Positions 10,397-20,584 of a stretch of DNA of 47,133 bases are shown here, in pieces (the first letter of the stretch is position 1; the number at the start of each line of letters is the position of its first letter). The DNA is taken from positions 1 to 47,133 of the forward strand of contig CAZYPX010000002.1 of assembly GCA_964649675.1 (NCBI GenBank), given 5' to 3'. This stretch comes from an uncultured Rhodospirillaceae bacterium (lineage in GTDB: Bacteria; Pseudomonadota; Alphaproteobacteria; UBA9219). A program made the translations under genes and the position numbers. The notes beneath the pieces were generated by a model, which was not told the origin of the DNA, ran no database searches, and saw only the letters and a program-made list of their open reading frames with translations.

Positions 10397-11509
10397 TTGA
10401 CGATGAGCGTTCGTTTAATAAGCATTAAGGAACGGGCAAAGCAACAGCGTTCGCAGGCGATTTCTATGAGAATTTCGACCCCTGACAGAGATATCGTGCG
10501 CATCTACGCTTTTGCGTGGGTGCTGGGCTATCTGGCGGTTTATTTCGTGTTTCGGGGCCTGTTACCTGAAAAAGCTTTGGTCGATGCCGCGTATATTCAG
10601 GAAGTCATCCAAGGCCTCAACAAAGGCGGCGCGCCCTCGCAGGGATACGCCTTTATGGTTGAGGTCTTCAGCTTGCTCCCGCAGCCTGTCGTGATGGCTT
10701 TGGTGGGATGTCTCAATGCGTTTTTCCTTTACCGTATCGTGATGTGTCTTGGAACGTTTCGCGGCATGCTTTTGGCGCCGTTGGTTTTAGTCCCGTTCAT
10801 CGCCCTCAATCTTCAAGCGCCGACCAAGGAGACGCTTGTGGTGTTGATGGCTTTTTTGTTGTGGAAATACGCGCTCGGCGCGCGAAGTGAATCCAAATCG
10901 GTCGTTGTGATCACAGTCGTTTACGCGCTCTATGGCCTTATGGTGCGCGATTATTATCTTCTCATTCTTGGCGTTTTTCTGTGGTTTTATGTCATGATCA
11001 AATCGCCGATCTTGTTGCGAGCGGTTTATGTCCTGCCCCTTATCGCCGCAATGCTGGTTATGCCGGAAAAAGGTTATATGTTGCTCGGCAACGCGCGCAA
11101 CGAGGTGAATTTTTTGGTCGATTTCGGGAGCAGTTCGGAGGTTCGCACCTATTTTCTCAATCCGTTTCCGTCCGACAATATGGCGCATTTTATCGGCAAC
11201 TATCTTTACGCTTTTATAATGCTTAATTTCCCCTTTCTTAAGGCGATAACGGCCAAGGAAGCCGTTTTGTTCGCGAATGTGGCTGTCTATGGGGCGCTCA
11301 TGGTCGTTGGTTTGCGCCGCTTGCAGGGGCCTCAGCGCCTTTTGCCGCTTCTGTTTTTGTCACATGTCGCCGTGCTGACGATCTTCGAGCCTGACTACGG
11401 CAGCTATTTCCGTCATTTCAGCAGCGTGCTGTTTTATTTGGCGTCTCCCCTTATATATCTTGAAAGCCGTCGCGCCGAGTTTCTCCGCGCGCGCGTGGCG
11501 GAGGCCTAA
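10397..11509 (+). CDS. Polytopic inner-membrane protein; candidate polysaccharide polymerase (Wzy-like)
   Basis: 370 aa with about 9-10 hydrophobic helices, located between GT and flippase genes. No diagnostic motif recognised. Start uncertain: TTG at 10397, with ATG alternatives at 10403 and 10466. Confidence 0.4.
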   Translation: MTMSVRLISIKERAKQQRSQAISMRISTPDRDIVRIYAFAWVLGYLAVYFVFRGLLPEKALVDAAYIQEVIQGLNKGGAPSQGYAFMVEVFSLLPQPVVMALVGCLNAFFLYRIVMCLGTFRGMLLAPLVLVPFIALNLQAPTKETLVVLMAFLLWKYALGARSESKSVVVITVVYALYGLMVRDYYLLILGVFLWFYVMIKSPILLRAVYVLPLIAAMLVMPEKGYMLLGNARNEVNFLVDFGSSSEVRTYFLNPFPSDNMAHFIGNYLYAFIMLNFPFLKAITAKEAVLFANVAVYGALMVVGLRRLQGPQRLLPLLFLSHVAVLTIFEPDYGSYFRHFSSVLFYLASPLIYLESRRAEFLRARVAEA

Positions 11510-11514
11510 GGCTC

Positions 11515-12273
11515 ATGCGTTCTGACTGGCAAATTGTTTTGCGTACATGGGTGGTCAAGGCCTCATGGAGACTTCTCGCTTTGTTGGCGCGCGATACGTT
11601 TCCTGCGCGGATCGAAGGACCCTGTCTCGTTCTTGCGCCGCATCCCGACGATGAGACCTTGGGGTGTGGCGCCTCGATCGCGCAAATGCGCAAGGCGGGC
11701 CGCCGTGTGCGCGTTGTTGCGGTGACGGACGGCCGCGCATCCGAAGAAAAGGGCGGCTGGACACAGGAGTCCTTGCCCGCGCGGCGCAAGCAGGAAATGC
11801 TTGAGGCGTGTGCAAGGTTGGGCGTGCCAAAGGAAGATGTCGCTTTTCTTGGCTATCCGGACAGGGAAGCCGGAGATCACATTAGATCCATCCGTGAAGA
11901 TCTTTTAAGGGAAATACGGAGATTTCAGCCGGTTCAAGTCCTTTCTCCGGCGGGTTGCGACAGCAACGGCGATCACAGGGCTGTGGCCGCCGCCTTTGCC
12001 GAGGCCATGGCTGTCGACGGACGGCGGATGCTCGTGCATGAATACGTCATTTGGTTTGCGCCCCTTGGTTTTTTCACGCGCATGCTACCCCTGACGTTGG
12101 CGGGAAAGATGCGCCGTGTGGCGACCCGGCCAGAGCACGACGTGAAAAAGAAAGCCTTCGATGCGCACGCCTCGCAATATGGCGGTTACGAAGACGCAAG
12201 ACATATGCGTCAGAAATTGTGGTCTCGGTTCTTCAGGCCTTATGAAATGTTTATCGAAAGGCGGAAAGCGTGA
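11515..12273 (+). CDS. PIG-L / LmbE family N-acetylglucosaminyl deacetylase
   Basis: 252 aa. Hallmark VLAPHPDDETLGCG and a downstream HRA / His-rich metal site. Confidence 0.8.
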   Translation: MRSDWQIVLRTWVVKASWRLLALLARDTFPARIEGPCLVLAPHPDDETLGCGASIAQMRKAGRRVRVVAVTDGRASEEKGGWTQESLPARRKQEMLEACARLGVPKEDVAFLGYPDREAGDHIRSIREDLLREIRRFQPVQVLSPAGCDSNGDHRAVAAAFAEAMAVDGRRMLVHEYVIWFAPLGFFTRMLPLTLAGKMRRVATRPEHDVKKKAFDAHASQYGGYEDARHMRQKLWSRFFRPYEMFIERRKA

Positions 12274-13550
12274 AGAAGAAAGCGGGAATCATGAAAAAAG
12301 AGTCAGCCCGCTTTTTGGGTCAGGCGGTAAGCGTTGTGCTGCGATCCTTTTCTTTGGCGGCGAAAATGGGTTTGACGCTGTATATGGGGCGTTACTTAGG
12401 GTTGGCCGATCTTGGCGTTTATGGGCTTGTTTTCGGCGCCGTGATGATCCTCAACGGCGCGTTAGGCGTGCGGCTTGATTACATAGTCGCCCGGGATATT
12501 GTCGGACGCCAACCTCTCGATGCTCTTGGCAAGATGCGCGACCAAACCATTTTCATGCTGCTCAACTATCTTCTTTTGGCGTTTATCATGAAGATGGTTG
12601 CGTTGATGGGGACGTTTGATGTCGCGGAAGACATCCTTGTTTACATTTTCGTGCTTTCGACGGTGGAAAATTTGGCGTCGGCGGTGCACGTTAACATGAC
12701 GTCGCTTGGGCGGCCTGTTCTTGCGAATTTTCTTTATTTTATACGTTCGTCGTCATGGGTTTTTCCGGTCGTGTTGCTGGGGCTTGCTTTTCCTGACTAC
12801 CGAAATGTCGGCGTAGTCTTCAAATGCTGGATTCTCGGCGTAACGGCGAGCTTGGTTCTGGCCGTGTGGTTTTGGCGCGTGCTTCCGTGGCGTGAGACGT
12901 GGGACAAGCCTATCCACTGGGGATGGGTGAAGTCGGGGTTGCGAAAAAGCTTCTATATATGGCTCGGCACGTTGGGCTTGTCGGCTGGCATGTATGTTGA
13001 CCGTTTCATTGTAATGAAATTCCTCGGTATCGAGGCGGTGGGCGTTGCGACGTTTTATCTTTCCTTTATTTTCGCAATTCTGACATTGGTGCACAGCGGC
13101 GTTTTGTCGTTTTCCTATCCCCGCCTTATTGAAATGCACAGGCAGAGCGACACCGAAGGTTTTTGGAAAGAAGTCCGGCAGGCGGGATTGCATACGGCCA
13201 TTTTCGCGGCGGCCGTCGCGATTGGCGTCGGTTTTGGCGTTCCGATGCTGGGCCACCTTCTCGGCAGGCCCGAACTGGTGTCGGAAAGCAGAGCCTTATG
13301 GCTTATGCTTGCGGGCACATGGATCCGCGCAAACACGGAAACCCTTTATTGGGTGCTTTTTGCCCGTCATCAGGATAAATCTCTTTGGCTTGGCAATCTC
13401 CTGTTCTTGCTTCCTGCGGTTGGGTGTACGGCCGTTTTTGTCCCTGTATTTGGTCTGGAGGGCATTGGATACGGGGCGATTGTTGCCTCATTGTTCCTGC
13501 TGGTTTGGCGCGGATGGAGCGTATTGAGGCCACCTGTTCAGGCCCGATGA
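12270..13550 (+). CDS. Polysaccharide flippase-like membrane protein (MOP/Wzx superfamily)
   Basis: 426 aa with about 12 TM segments. 4-nt overlap with the preceding deacetylase gene. Call rests on topology and context. Confidence 0.6.
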   Translation: MKKKAGIMKKESARFLGQAVSVVLRSFSLAAKMGLTLYMGRYLGLADLGVYGLVFGAVMILNGALGVRLDYIVARDIVGRQPLDALGKMRDQTIFMLLNYLLLAFIMKMVALMGTFDVAEDILVYIFVLSTVENLASAVHVNMTSLGRPVLANFLYFIRSSSWVFPVVLLGLAFPDYRNVGVVFKCWILGVTASLVLAVWFWRVLPWRETWDKPIHWGWVKSGLRKSFYIWLGTLGLSAGMYVDRFIVMKFLGIEAVGVATFYLSFIFAILTLVHSGVLSFSYPRLIEMHRQSDTEGFWKEVRQAGLHTAIFAAAVAIGVGFGVPMLGHLLGRPELVSESRALWLMLAGTWIRANTETLYWVLFARHQDKSLWLGNLLFLLPAVGCTAVFVPVFGLEGIGYGAIVASLFLLVWRGWSVLRPPVQAR

Positions 13551-13713
13551 AAAAAAGTTGTTTGAAAATAATTAAGGAATGAAAGTAATAGCGTAAAAAC
13601 AGCGAAAAAGCTCGATTGCTAAAATTTAGCATAAAATGCAAAATATCTAATTATATCAATAATTAAGCGGCCATTATCCGCAAAGATGTACGCTGAAATC
13701 ATTACGAAAGATC

Positions 13714-14247
13714 GTGGTGATTTCCGTGTTAAAGCTATTTTACTTTCTTTGTTTTCTTATATTTTCTTTTCCCTTTGCTTTCTCTGCCAAGGCTCAGGTT
13801 GAGGACGGCGTGCGCATTGAGCCTGCTTTTGTGGTCCCGCTTATGCAGTGGGTGGAAAGGGAAATGGGCACGACGACGCCCATTATGCCCGAGGTTATTG
13901 CCAGCCGAAGCCAGTTTTTTAACATTCTTGGGGGTATGGCTGCCCGGGTTGCTGGTCGGCCCCAGGCTCTTTACAAAGCCGGCAAAATCTATCTGAACAG
14001 TGACCGTTGGGATCCCGAAGATCCTATGCAGGTGAGCCTTTTGGTGCACGAACTTGTGCACCACGCCCAGTACTTTTCCCGTGGGAAATGGCCTTGCTCC
14101 AACGCCAAAGAAGAGCAAGCTTATACGCTTCAAAACAAATGGCTGGAAATGAACGGCTATGCTCCGTTCGTAAACGTGGCGTGGATCAAGCGAGTCTCCA
14201 GCTGTCCTGATCTTGGGGCTACGGCACAATTGGCTCAGTCCAATTAA
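13714..14247 (+). CDS. Secreted protein with an HExxH motif (putative zinc-dependent periplasmic protein)
   Basis: 177 aa. Signal peptide ...FPFAFSAKAQ. Motif LLVHELVHHAQ. GTG start in an AT-rich leader. Confidence 0.5.
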   Translation: MVISVLKLFYFLCFLIFSFPFAFSAKAQVEDGVRIEPAFVVPLMQWVEREMGTTTPIMPEVIASRSQFFNILGGMAARVAGRPQALYKAGKIYLNSDRWDPEDPMQVSLLVHELVHHAQYFSRGKWPCSNAKEEQAYTLQNKWLEMNGYAPFVNVAWIKRVSSCPDLGATAQLAQSN

Positions 14248-14274
14248 CCTAACGTGTTCTTTTAGGCTAACCAG

Positions 14275-14310
14275 AAAGGCGCCCGATAACTCACGGACGC
14301 CTTTTTCTTC
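14275..14310 (+). terminator. Probable rho-independent terminator
   Basis: AAAGGCG-16 nt-CGCCTTT followed by TTCTTC. Confidence 0.45.
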
Positions 14311-14517
14311 GCTCCGCGTTATTACGGCGAGCAGGGGCGTTAACTATATCAAAACAGCATCACATGTTGGTTAATGCACAAATTCCTTGAGAATCAGGGT
14401 TGCGCTCCCGTGAAAACAATGAAAAGACATGGACGAAAGCTTTGCCGTTTCGTATAGGTTACAAGTCTGAGGTAGCCTGATTAAGGGGCTTGGCCGTTAT
14501 TTTTTTCGGGGGATCAT

Positions 14518-15156
14518 ATGCGTCGATTTCACAAAAGTTTATTTATCCTTGGCGTTGTTTTGTCGTTAAGCGCGCCTGTTCAGGCGGCCACGGTCGCTGA
14601 CCGAATTGTCACGGCCATCGCAAACAACGATTATGCGCAAGTGCAGACGCTTGTAAGGTCAAACCCGAACATGACGGGAGCGGCGACAGACTCGCTGCTC
14701 AAGAAGGTTCTTGGGAACGTTGTCGACAAGCCGCAGGGCGCCGCGCGCAGCATGACGACGGCGTCCGTGATCGCGCCGGGCATTACGCCGACTGACGCCA
14801 AGCCTGTTGCGGAAAATCTTCGCAAGCTTGTCAAGCTGATTGCCGACAAGCAATTGCTGATTTGCAATCCCGAAGCGCAGGCGAATGTGGGCGATGTTCA
14901 AGCGGCGATGGATCCGCGCAAGATCGAAGACGCGAAAGCTGTCGCGTCCATTCTGGATTCTGCGGAAGATATCGCCAAGACCCCGGCCATCGTGGCCGTT
15001 GATCCGAAGCTCTTCGCTGATATTGATGCACAGCGTTCGCAGTGCCAGACGGGAGACGATGCTCTTTTGGCCCAAAGCCCGGGGTTCCGTCCTCAACGTT
15101 TTCCTCACAACATAAAACCTGTTCCTCCGCCTATCAATCCGGCAAGCCCGGACTGA
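14518..15156 (+). CDS. Secreted hypothetical protein
   Basis: 212 aa. Signal peptide MRRFHKSLFILGVVLSLSAPVQAA. Pro-rich C-terminus. Confidence 0.5.
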   Translation: MRRFHKSLFILGVVLSLSAPVQAATVADRIVTAIANNDYAQVQTLVRSNPNMTGAATDSLLKKVLGNVVDKPQGAARSMTTASVIAPGITPTDAKPVAENLRKLVKLIADKQLLICNPEAQANVGDVQAAMDPRKIEDAKAVASILDSAEDIAKTPAIVAVDPKLFADIDAQRSQCQTGDDALLAQSPGFRPQRFPHNIKPVPPPINPASPD

Positions 15157-15228
15157 GGTCGGGGTAAAGTTGTCTTTCGAGGGGAAGCAGGATAGTCCTT
15201 CAACAATAGCGCGTTCAAGAATCAGGAG

Positions 15229-16557
15229 ATGCACATGAAAGTCGTAAATAGTCAGGTTAAGGGAGCCTTGTGGGGCGTATTGCTTGCGACGACGGCGCTG
15301 TCCAGCGCTTATGCTTATGGTCCCGAGGGCATGTTTGGCGGTCGTCTCAATCCCGACAATACGATTGTTCTGAGCAATCCTGTTCAAGTGGAGGCTCGTC
15401 CCATGCGGGCGCAGTCGGTCCTGCAACATCCGCGTCCCGAGTATGACCCTGTTCCCGTAACGGTGCGTTCGTTCGACGTGTACCCGTCCGTTGAGGCCGG
15501 TTATGCCTACGACTCGAATATTTTTGCCACGCGCAACGACAAGAAGGACGATCATATCATTTCCTTGCGTCCTGCTGTCAGCGCGTTTTCGAACTGGAAT
15601 CGTCATGCTTTTGCCGCCACGGCTTTCGGCGACCTGAACTTTTACACGGGCAATTCGAACGAGGACATTTCGAATTTCGTGACAGGGTTGCAAGGGCGTT
15701 ACGACATCATGAGCGAAACATGGCTGTCCGGCCGGTTGGGTTATCAGCACCTGTCCGAACCGCGTTCGTCGCCCAATGACGCCGGCGGCAGCGAGCCCAC
15801 GACGTTTAACGTCGCCAAGGGCGGCCTTACCGCCTATCGCGGCGTTGGCAAAGTGAAGGTGGAAGGCGAATACGATTTGACCCGCTTTTTCTACAACGAT
15901 ACGCCTTCGCCGGTTGGTCTCATTGACCAAAGCCTGCGTGATCGCACGTATCATGAGTTGGGCGGCAAGGTCGTGTATGACTTGACGGCCAACTTCAAGC
16001 CTTACATCAAGACGGTTTATAACTGGCGCGTTTACGACAACAACCATCCGCGCCAATCCCAAGGCTATTACGCCGTCGCCGGAACCACGGCGGATTTTGG
16101 CGGTATTACGTCGCTTGACGCTTACGTTGGTTGGATGTCGCAAGACTACGCAAACTTCGGAACGAACGAAATCAATGACGGCGTTAAATTCGGCGGCCGC
16201 TTTGAATGGAACGTTACCGGCCTGACGTCTCTTGTTCTTGAGGCGAGCCGCACAATTGAAGAAACGACGCTTGATGGCTTCAACAGCTACAAGGCCACGG
16301 GCGGTTCGGCGACCCTGACGCATGAACTGCGTCGTAATATCCTTGTTGAAGGTAACTTTGCCTTTACGCGCGACGATTACAACGGGATCGGCGAGCGCTC
16401 TGACGACAATGTCGCGGCAGGGACTGGCGTGCGTTATCTGATCAACCGCAATTTCTACACGGATCTTTTGTACGGTTGGAACAAGCGTATGGGCGACGAT
16501 TCGGCTTCCGATTACAGCCGTCATATCGTGTCCTTGCGTCTGGGTGCCCATTTATAA
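15229..16557 (+). CDS. Outer-membrane beta-barrel protein associated with polysaccharide export
   Basis: 442 aa. Signal peptide ending SSAYAYG. Alternating hydrophobic beta-strand pattern throughout. Immediately upstream of the Wza-like and Wzc-like genes. Confidence 0.6.
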   Translation: MHMKVVNSQVKGALWGVLLATTALSSAYAYGPEGMFGGRLNPDNTIVLSNPVQVEARPMRAQSVLQHPRPEYDPVPVTVRSFDVYPSVEAGYAYDSNIFATRNDKKDDHIISLRPAVSAFSNWNRHAFAATAFGDLNFYTGNSNEDISNFVTGLQGRYDIMSETWLSGRLGYQHLSEPRSSPNDAGGSEPTTFNVAKGGLTAYRGVGKVKVEGEYDLTRFFYNDTPSPVGLIDQSLRDRTYHELGGKVVYDLTANFKPYIKTVYNWRVYDNNHPRQSQGYYAVAGTTADFGGITSLDAYVGWMSQDYANFGTNEINDGVKFGGRFEWNVTGLTSLVLEASRTIEETTLDGFNSYKATGGSATLTHELRRNILVEGNFAFTRDDYNGIGERSDDNVAAGTGVRYLINRNFYTDLLYGWNKRMGDDSASDYSRHIVSLRLGAHL

Positions 16558-16607
16558 CGTTGCGGTGCGCCAATCGTCGCCCTTATAGAGGAAAAAAGGG
16601 GTAGGGT

Positions 16608-17240
16608 ATGAAGGCGAGGTTTTTGGCGGCTTTATTCGTTGGTCTCTGCGTTATTGCGGTGATGGGGACGGCGTGCGCCCAATCACCGCGTGCGCGTTAT
16701 ATGCCCCAACAGCACCAAGGCGAGTCTCCGGCTGAAGTGCCCCAACAAGGGCTTGTCGTCTTGGCGGATCCATCTTCGGTAAAAGAGTATGTTCTGGGCG
16801 TAGGCGACCGCTTGCGGCTCACGGTTTATGGAGAAGACGACCTGTCCGGCGATTACGAGGTCAACAGCACAGGTGTCGTTGCGCTTCCGTTGATCGGGAA
16901 TATTCAGGCCGCTCAATTGACGGTACGGGCGTTTGAGGACACCGTGCGCACAAAGCTGGCATCGGGTTATCTTCGCGATCCGCGCGTTAGCGTTCAGGTA
17001 TCGAACTATCGCCCGTTCTTTATTTTAGGCGAGGTGGCCAAACCGGGAAGTTATCCCTATGTCAACGGCATGAACGTATTGAACGCCGTAGCCATGGCGG
17101 GGGGCTATACTTACCGTGCCGACAAGGGGGATATAGTTATCGTTCACGCCAACGACCCTTCGAAAAAAGAGGTTAAAGCGCGCGAAGATGCCCCTGTAAT
17201 GCCTGGAGACGTTGTTCGCGTTCCGGAAAGGTTTTTTTAA
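16608..17240 (+). CDS. Polysaccharide export protein, Wza/GumB family (Poly_export + SLBB)
   Basis: 210 aa. Signal peptide. YVLGVGDRLRLTVYGEDDLSGDYEVNSTGVVALPLIGNI. C-terminal VMPGDVVRVPERFF. Confidence 0.85.
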   Translation: MKARFLAALFVGLCVIAVMGTACAQSPRARYMPQQHQGESPAEVPQQGLVVLADPSSVKEYVLGVGDRLRLTVYGEDDLSGDYEVNSTGVVALPLIGNIQAAQLTVRAFEDTVRTKLASGYLRDPRVSVQVSNYRPFFILGEVAKPGSYPYVNGMNVLNAVAMAGGYTYRADKGDIVIVHANDPSKKEVKAREDAPVMPGDVVRVPERFF

Positions 17241-17325
17241 AGTAAGCATTGTTTAACGCTTTTTTCGTTTTTTTTAAGAGGGACGGTTTATATTTTTAAG
17301 GCCATATTGAAAGGAAAACACCTCT

Positions 17326-19536
17326 ATGTCGGCATCTAAAACGCCATCTGTCATGGTGGACAACGCGGCTCTGCCGGGGCTGTCTCACGCGTCCGTGATG
17401 GATCCTTTCTTCCGCAATATGGACTTACGGGAGGCTGCGCGCCTTCTTAAAAGGCGGTTGCATCTTATCATAAGCATTACTGTCAGCGCCGCCGCTTTGG
17501 CATTGTTGATCGCTTTGCTGATGACGCCGCAATATCGCGCGCAAGGCGTCATTATGCTCGATCCCCGCCAGACCAAGATTATCGAAACCGGCCCTGTCGT
17601 GTCGGGCCTGCCGGCCGAGAACGCTGTCGTGCGTAGCGAGATGGACATTTTGGCTTCGCGCTCGATACTTGAGCGCGTCATTAAAAAACTTGATCTGGAC
17701 AAGGACGACGAGTTTTTACCCCGCAGCCTTGCGCAGGCGCTCAATCCTCTAAACTTTTTCCGTCGCTCCGTTCCTACGGAGGAGCAGGCGGCCCGCATGC
17801 GCACGGAAATAATCCAAAACATGCAAAAGCGGCTTCAAGTGGTGAATGACGGCCGTTCGTACAGCATCAACATTTCCTTCGATTCCAAAGATCCGGCAAA
17901 GGCGGCAAAAATCGTCAACACGTTGGCCGAGGAATATCTCGTAGACCAGCTTGAGACCAAATACGAGGCCACGGAGCGCGCCAACAAATGGCTCGACGAA
18001 AGGCTTTCCGCGCTTAAGGTCAAGGTGGAGGCTTCCGAGAAGGATGTTGAGAAATTCCGGCAGAAAAGCAAGCTGATCGATATTGATGGCGCAACAATAT
18101 CCGCGCGTCAGATGGAATCCATTAATTCCCAGCTGACGGCAGCGCGCGGCGAAACGTCGCAGGCCGAAGCGCGCCTGCGCAGCATTCAAAACATGTTGAA
18201 ATCAAAAGACGGCGTTAACAGCACGGCCGACGTTTTGGGATCGCCCCTGATACAGAACCTTCGCCAGCAGGAGGCCCAAATTCGCAGCCGCGAGGCGGAA
18301 ATGGCGTCGCGTTATGGCGCCCTTCATCCCAAAATGATCAATGCCCAGGCCGAAAGGCGGGAACTTCAAAACAAAATTGCTGAAGAAGTGAATAAAATCG
18401 TCCTGAGCCTCGGCAACGAAGTCGATGTCGCGCGCGCCAAGGAACGCCAGCTAGAGGCCGATTTGCGCAAGCTTGAAGAACGCGCCGGCGTTGAGATGCG
18501 GGACAGCATCACGCTTAATCAGCTGCAGCGCGAAGCGCAGGCGAATCGCACGCTGTACGAGAATTTTCTGAACCGGTTTAAACAGACCAGCGAACAGAAA
18601 GACCTTCAAACCCCTGACGCGCGCATTATTGCGCGCGCCGAGCCGCCGATAAAGGCGGCTTTTCCGGTTGTATGGCTTTTTGTCCTTGTGGGCGGCATCG
18701 TTGGCGCGGCGCTTGGCATTCTGGCGGCCTACCTCACCGAGTATTTCGATCGCGGTTTTCGCGGCGTGAGCCAACTGGAGGAAGTCAGCGGCCTTCCTGT
18801 TATCGGGATTGTGCCAAGCCTTGCCAAGGTAAGCGCTCGTTCGGTCGAGGATTACGTTATCGACAAACCTCATTCCGCCTATTCCGAGGCGCTCCGCACC
18901 GTGCGTACGGCCATCCATTTCTCGAACGTCGACAACCCTCCTAAAACAGTCATGGTCACCAGTTCGATGCCCAAGGAAGGCAAAACAAGCTTTTGTCTAT
19001 CGATGGGCCGCGCCCTGGCCAAGGGCGGCAACAAGATCCTACTTATCGACGCGGACTTGCGTCGTCCCCGCGTTGCGGACATCTTGAATCTCAACAAAAA
19101 GAATGGCGGCCTTGCTGGCCTGTTAGCCGGAAGGAAATCGCTTGAGGCCGTATTACAGCGCGACCCTGTTGTGAAAAATCTCGACATCATACCTGCCGTT
19201 GGTAAAACGGCCAACGCACAAAATCTTCTGGCCTCGCAACAAATGCGGAAGATGTTAAGTGAGCTTGCACCGAAATATGATCTAGTCATCATCGACTCGC
19301 CGCCTATTCTTGCCGTTGCCGACGCGGCCATGATTGCGCGTGTGGTCGATACGTCGATCTTTTTGGTGCGCTGGGCCACCACGCCGCGCGATACGGCAGC
19401 TCAGGCTTTGAAACAGATGTGCGCTTTTGGTTGCAGGCTTGCGGGTGTTGTGCTTACGCAAGTGGACACGAACGAGCATGCAAAATACGGTGAAGGCTAT
19501 TACCATCAAGAATATGCAGCCTACTACACCAACTAA
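17326..19536 (+). CDS. Polysaccharide co-polymerase / tyrosine autokinase (Wzc / ExoP / GumC-like)
   Basis: 736 aa. Two TM segments flank a long coiled-coil periplasmic domain. Walker A SSMPKEGKTS, A' LLIDADLRRP, Walker B DLVIIDSPP. Tyr-rich tail YGEGYYHQEYAAYYTN. Confidence 0.9.
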   Translation: MSASKTPSVMVDNAALPGLSHASVMDPFFRNMDLREAARLLKRRLHLIISITVSAAALALLIALLMTPQYRAQGVIMLDPRQTKIIETGPVVSGLPAENAVVRSEMDILASRSILERVIKKLDLDKDDEFLPRSLAQALNPLNFFRRSVPTEEQAARMRTEIIQNMQKRLQVVNDGRSYSINISFDSKDPAKAAKIVNTLAEEYLVDQLETKYEATERANKWLDERLSALKVKVEASEKDVEKFRQKSKLIDIDGATISARQMESINSQLTAARGETSQAEARLRSIQNMLKSKDGVNSTADVLGSPLIQNLRQQEAQIRSREAEMASRYGALHPKMINAQAERRELQNKIAEEVNKIVLSLGNEVDVARAKERQLEADLRKLEERAGVEMRDSITLNQLQREAQANRTLYENFLNRFKQTSEQKDLQTPDARIIARAEPPIKAAFPVVWLFVLVGGIVGAALGILAAYLTEYFDRGFRGVSQLEEVSGLPVIGIVPSLAKVSARSVEDYVIDKPHSAYSEALRTVRTAIHFSNVDNPPKTVMVTSSMPKEGKTSFCLSMGRALAKGGNKILLIDADLRRPRVADILNLNKKNGGLAGLLAGRKSLEAVLQRDPVVKNLDIIPAVGKTANAQNLLASQQMRKMLSELAPKYDLVIIDSPPILAVADAAMIARVVDTSIFLVRWATTPRDTAAQALKQMCAFGCRLAGVVLTQVDTNEHAKYGEGYYHQEYAAYYTN

Positions 19537-20290
19537 GCCGTCCGGTTTCAGCAACATACGAAAGCATGGCGCGCCGCGTTTTTTGCCGATGGTTTTGGCC
19601 GCTTTGGCGCTTTTTCTTCTTGTGCTGGCTTTGCCTGCGCTTGGAGCGCGGCTCTTTCAGTTGAAAAGCCACCATGTTCGTCAAGCCCTTTTGAATGAAG
19701 GCAGGCCCGCCGTTCAAGAGATTGATACCTATATCTTAACACGAAAACGCGCTGTTTTTCTGCGTCCGTCAGGGGAACTCATGGATGAGCTTGCCATGGC
19801 CTATATAGCGCGCGGACAGACAAATTCTGCATTAACGACCGAAAGCACCAAAGAGGCCGTTTTCTGGCAGACGAAGTCTTTAGAGCGGGCTCCTGCCAAT
19901 GCGTTCGGATGGGCGCGGTTGTCTTACCTGTCTTTCATGGGCGAAGGCGCGTCATCTTTCGCTTCGGGTGCGCTGGCGCTTTCACTGGAGACAGCCCCTT
20001 ATGAACCTGCGCTTTCCGTGATGCGTCTGAATATGGCTATGACACTTTATGACAACCTTAGCTCCGAGATCAGGGAAAGGATTCCTTCCATGATTCGCTT
20101 CGCGTGGGAGCATGACCCTGTCAAGCTGGGGGAATCCGCCGCGCAAATGCGTTATGTCAGTGTGGTTGAACAAATTTTGATGGATGATCAGGAGGCCTTG
20201 AGAATCTTTCGTGAGCTGTTGCCGATCGCGGTGGAGGGGGAGGCGGTGAAGCCCATAAGCGAAGAAACGGAAGCACATACCGCAACCTGA
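19514..20290 (+). CDS. Membrane-anchored hypothetical protein
   Basis: The track ORF starts at 19427, inside the Wzc gene. I prefer the ATG at 19514 (MQPTTPTK...). One TM segment (PMVLAALALFLLVLALPALG). The rest is helical-repeat-like. Confidence 0.45.
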   Translation: MQPTTPTKPSGFSNIRKHGAPRFLPMVLAALALFLLVLALPALGARLFQLKSHHVRQALLNEGRPAVQEIDTYILTRKRAVFLRPSGELMDELAMAYIARGQTNSALTTESTKEAVFWQTKSLERAPANAFGWARLSYLSFMGEGASSFASGALALSLETAPYEPALSVMRLNMAMTLYDNLSSEIRERIPSMIRFAWEHDPVKLGESAAQMRYVSVVEQILMDDQEALRIFRELLPIAVEGEAVKPISEETEAHTAT

Positions 20291-20584
20291 TCTTCAAAAA
20301 AAGAAAAGGCGGAACGCCCCAAAAAACAAAGAAGGCCGCATAAGACGCAGAGATCAGAGAGCGAGGATCAACCGCAAGAGGCTGACGACGAATGATTGTT
20401 GCGCCGCAGCATAGAAACAGCAAAAAGCACCCCCCAAGCAAGAAGAAGGCGCCTAGTTTGTTGATATTAAAGGGATTATTTTTTTCTTGCATGGTCAGTT
20501 AAAAGAAACGTATTTTTGCAGTGCGGAAAAGGGTCTTGTGACGCTGACCGCAACGCTTTAAAGGCGTTTCCTCCCTGAACTTTT

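Noticed and set aside
14659-16551. 630-aa minus-strand ORF, the longest antisense ORF in the window
   Set aside because: It lies antisense to three well-supported plus-strand genes (secreted protein, OM beta-barrel). The translation is Arg/Val/Ile-rich low complexity with no motifs, which is typical of the mirror frame of a GC-rich coding region.
20157-20492. 111-aa minus-strand ORF with a hydrophobic N-terminus in the EPS-tRNA intergenic region
   Set aside because: There is no Shine-Dalgarno sequence. The last 134 nt overlap the plus-strand gene ending at 20290, and the C-terminal half is Pro-rich junk. A much shorter membrane peptide cannot be excluded but is unsupported.
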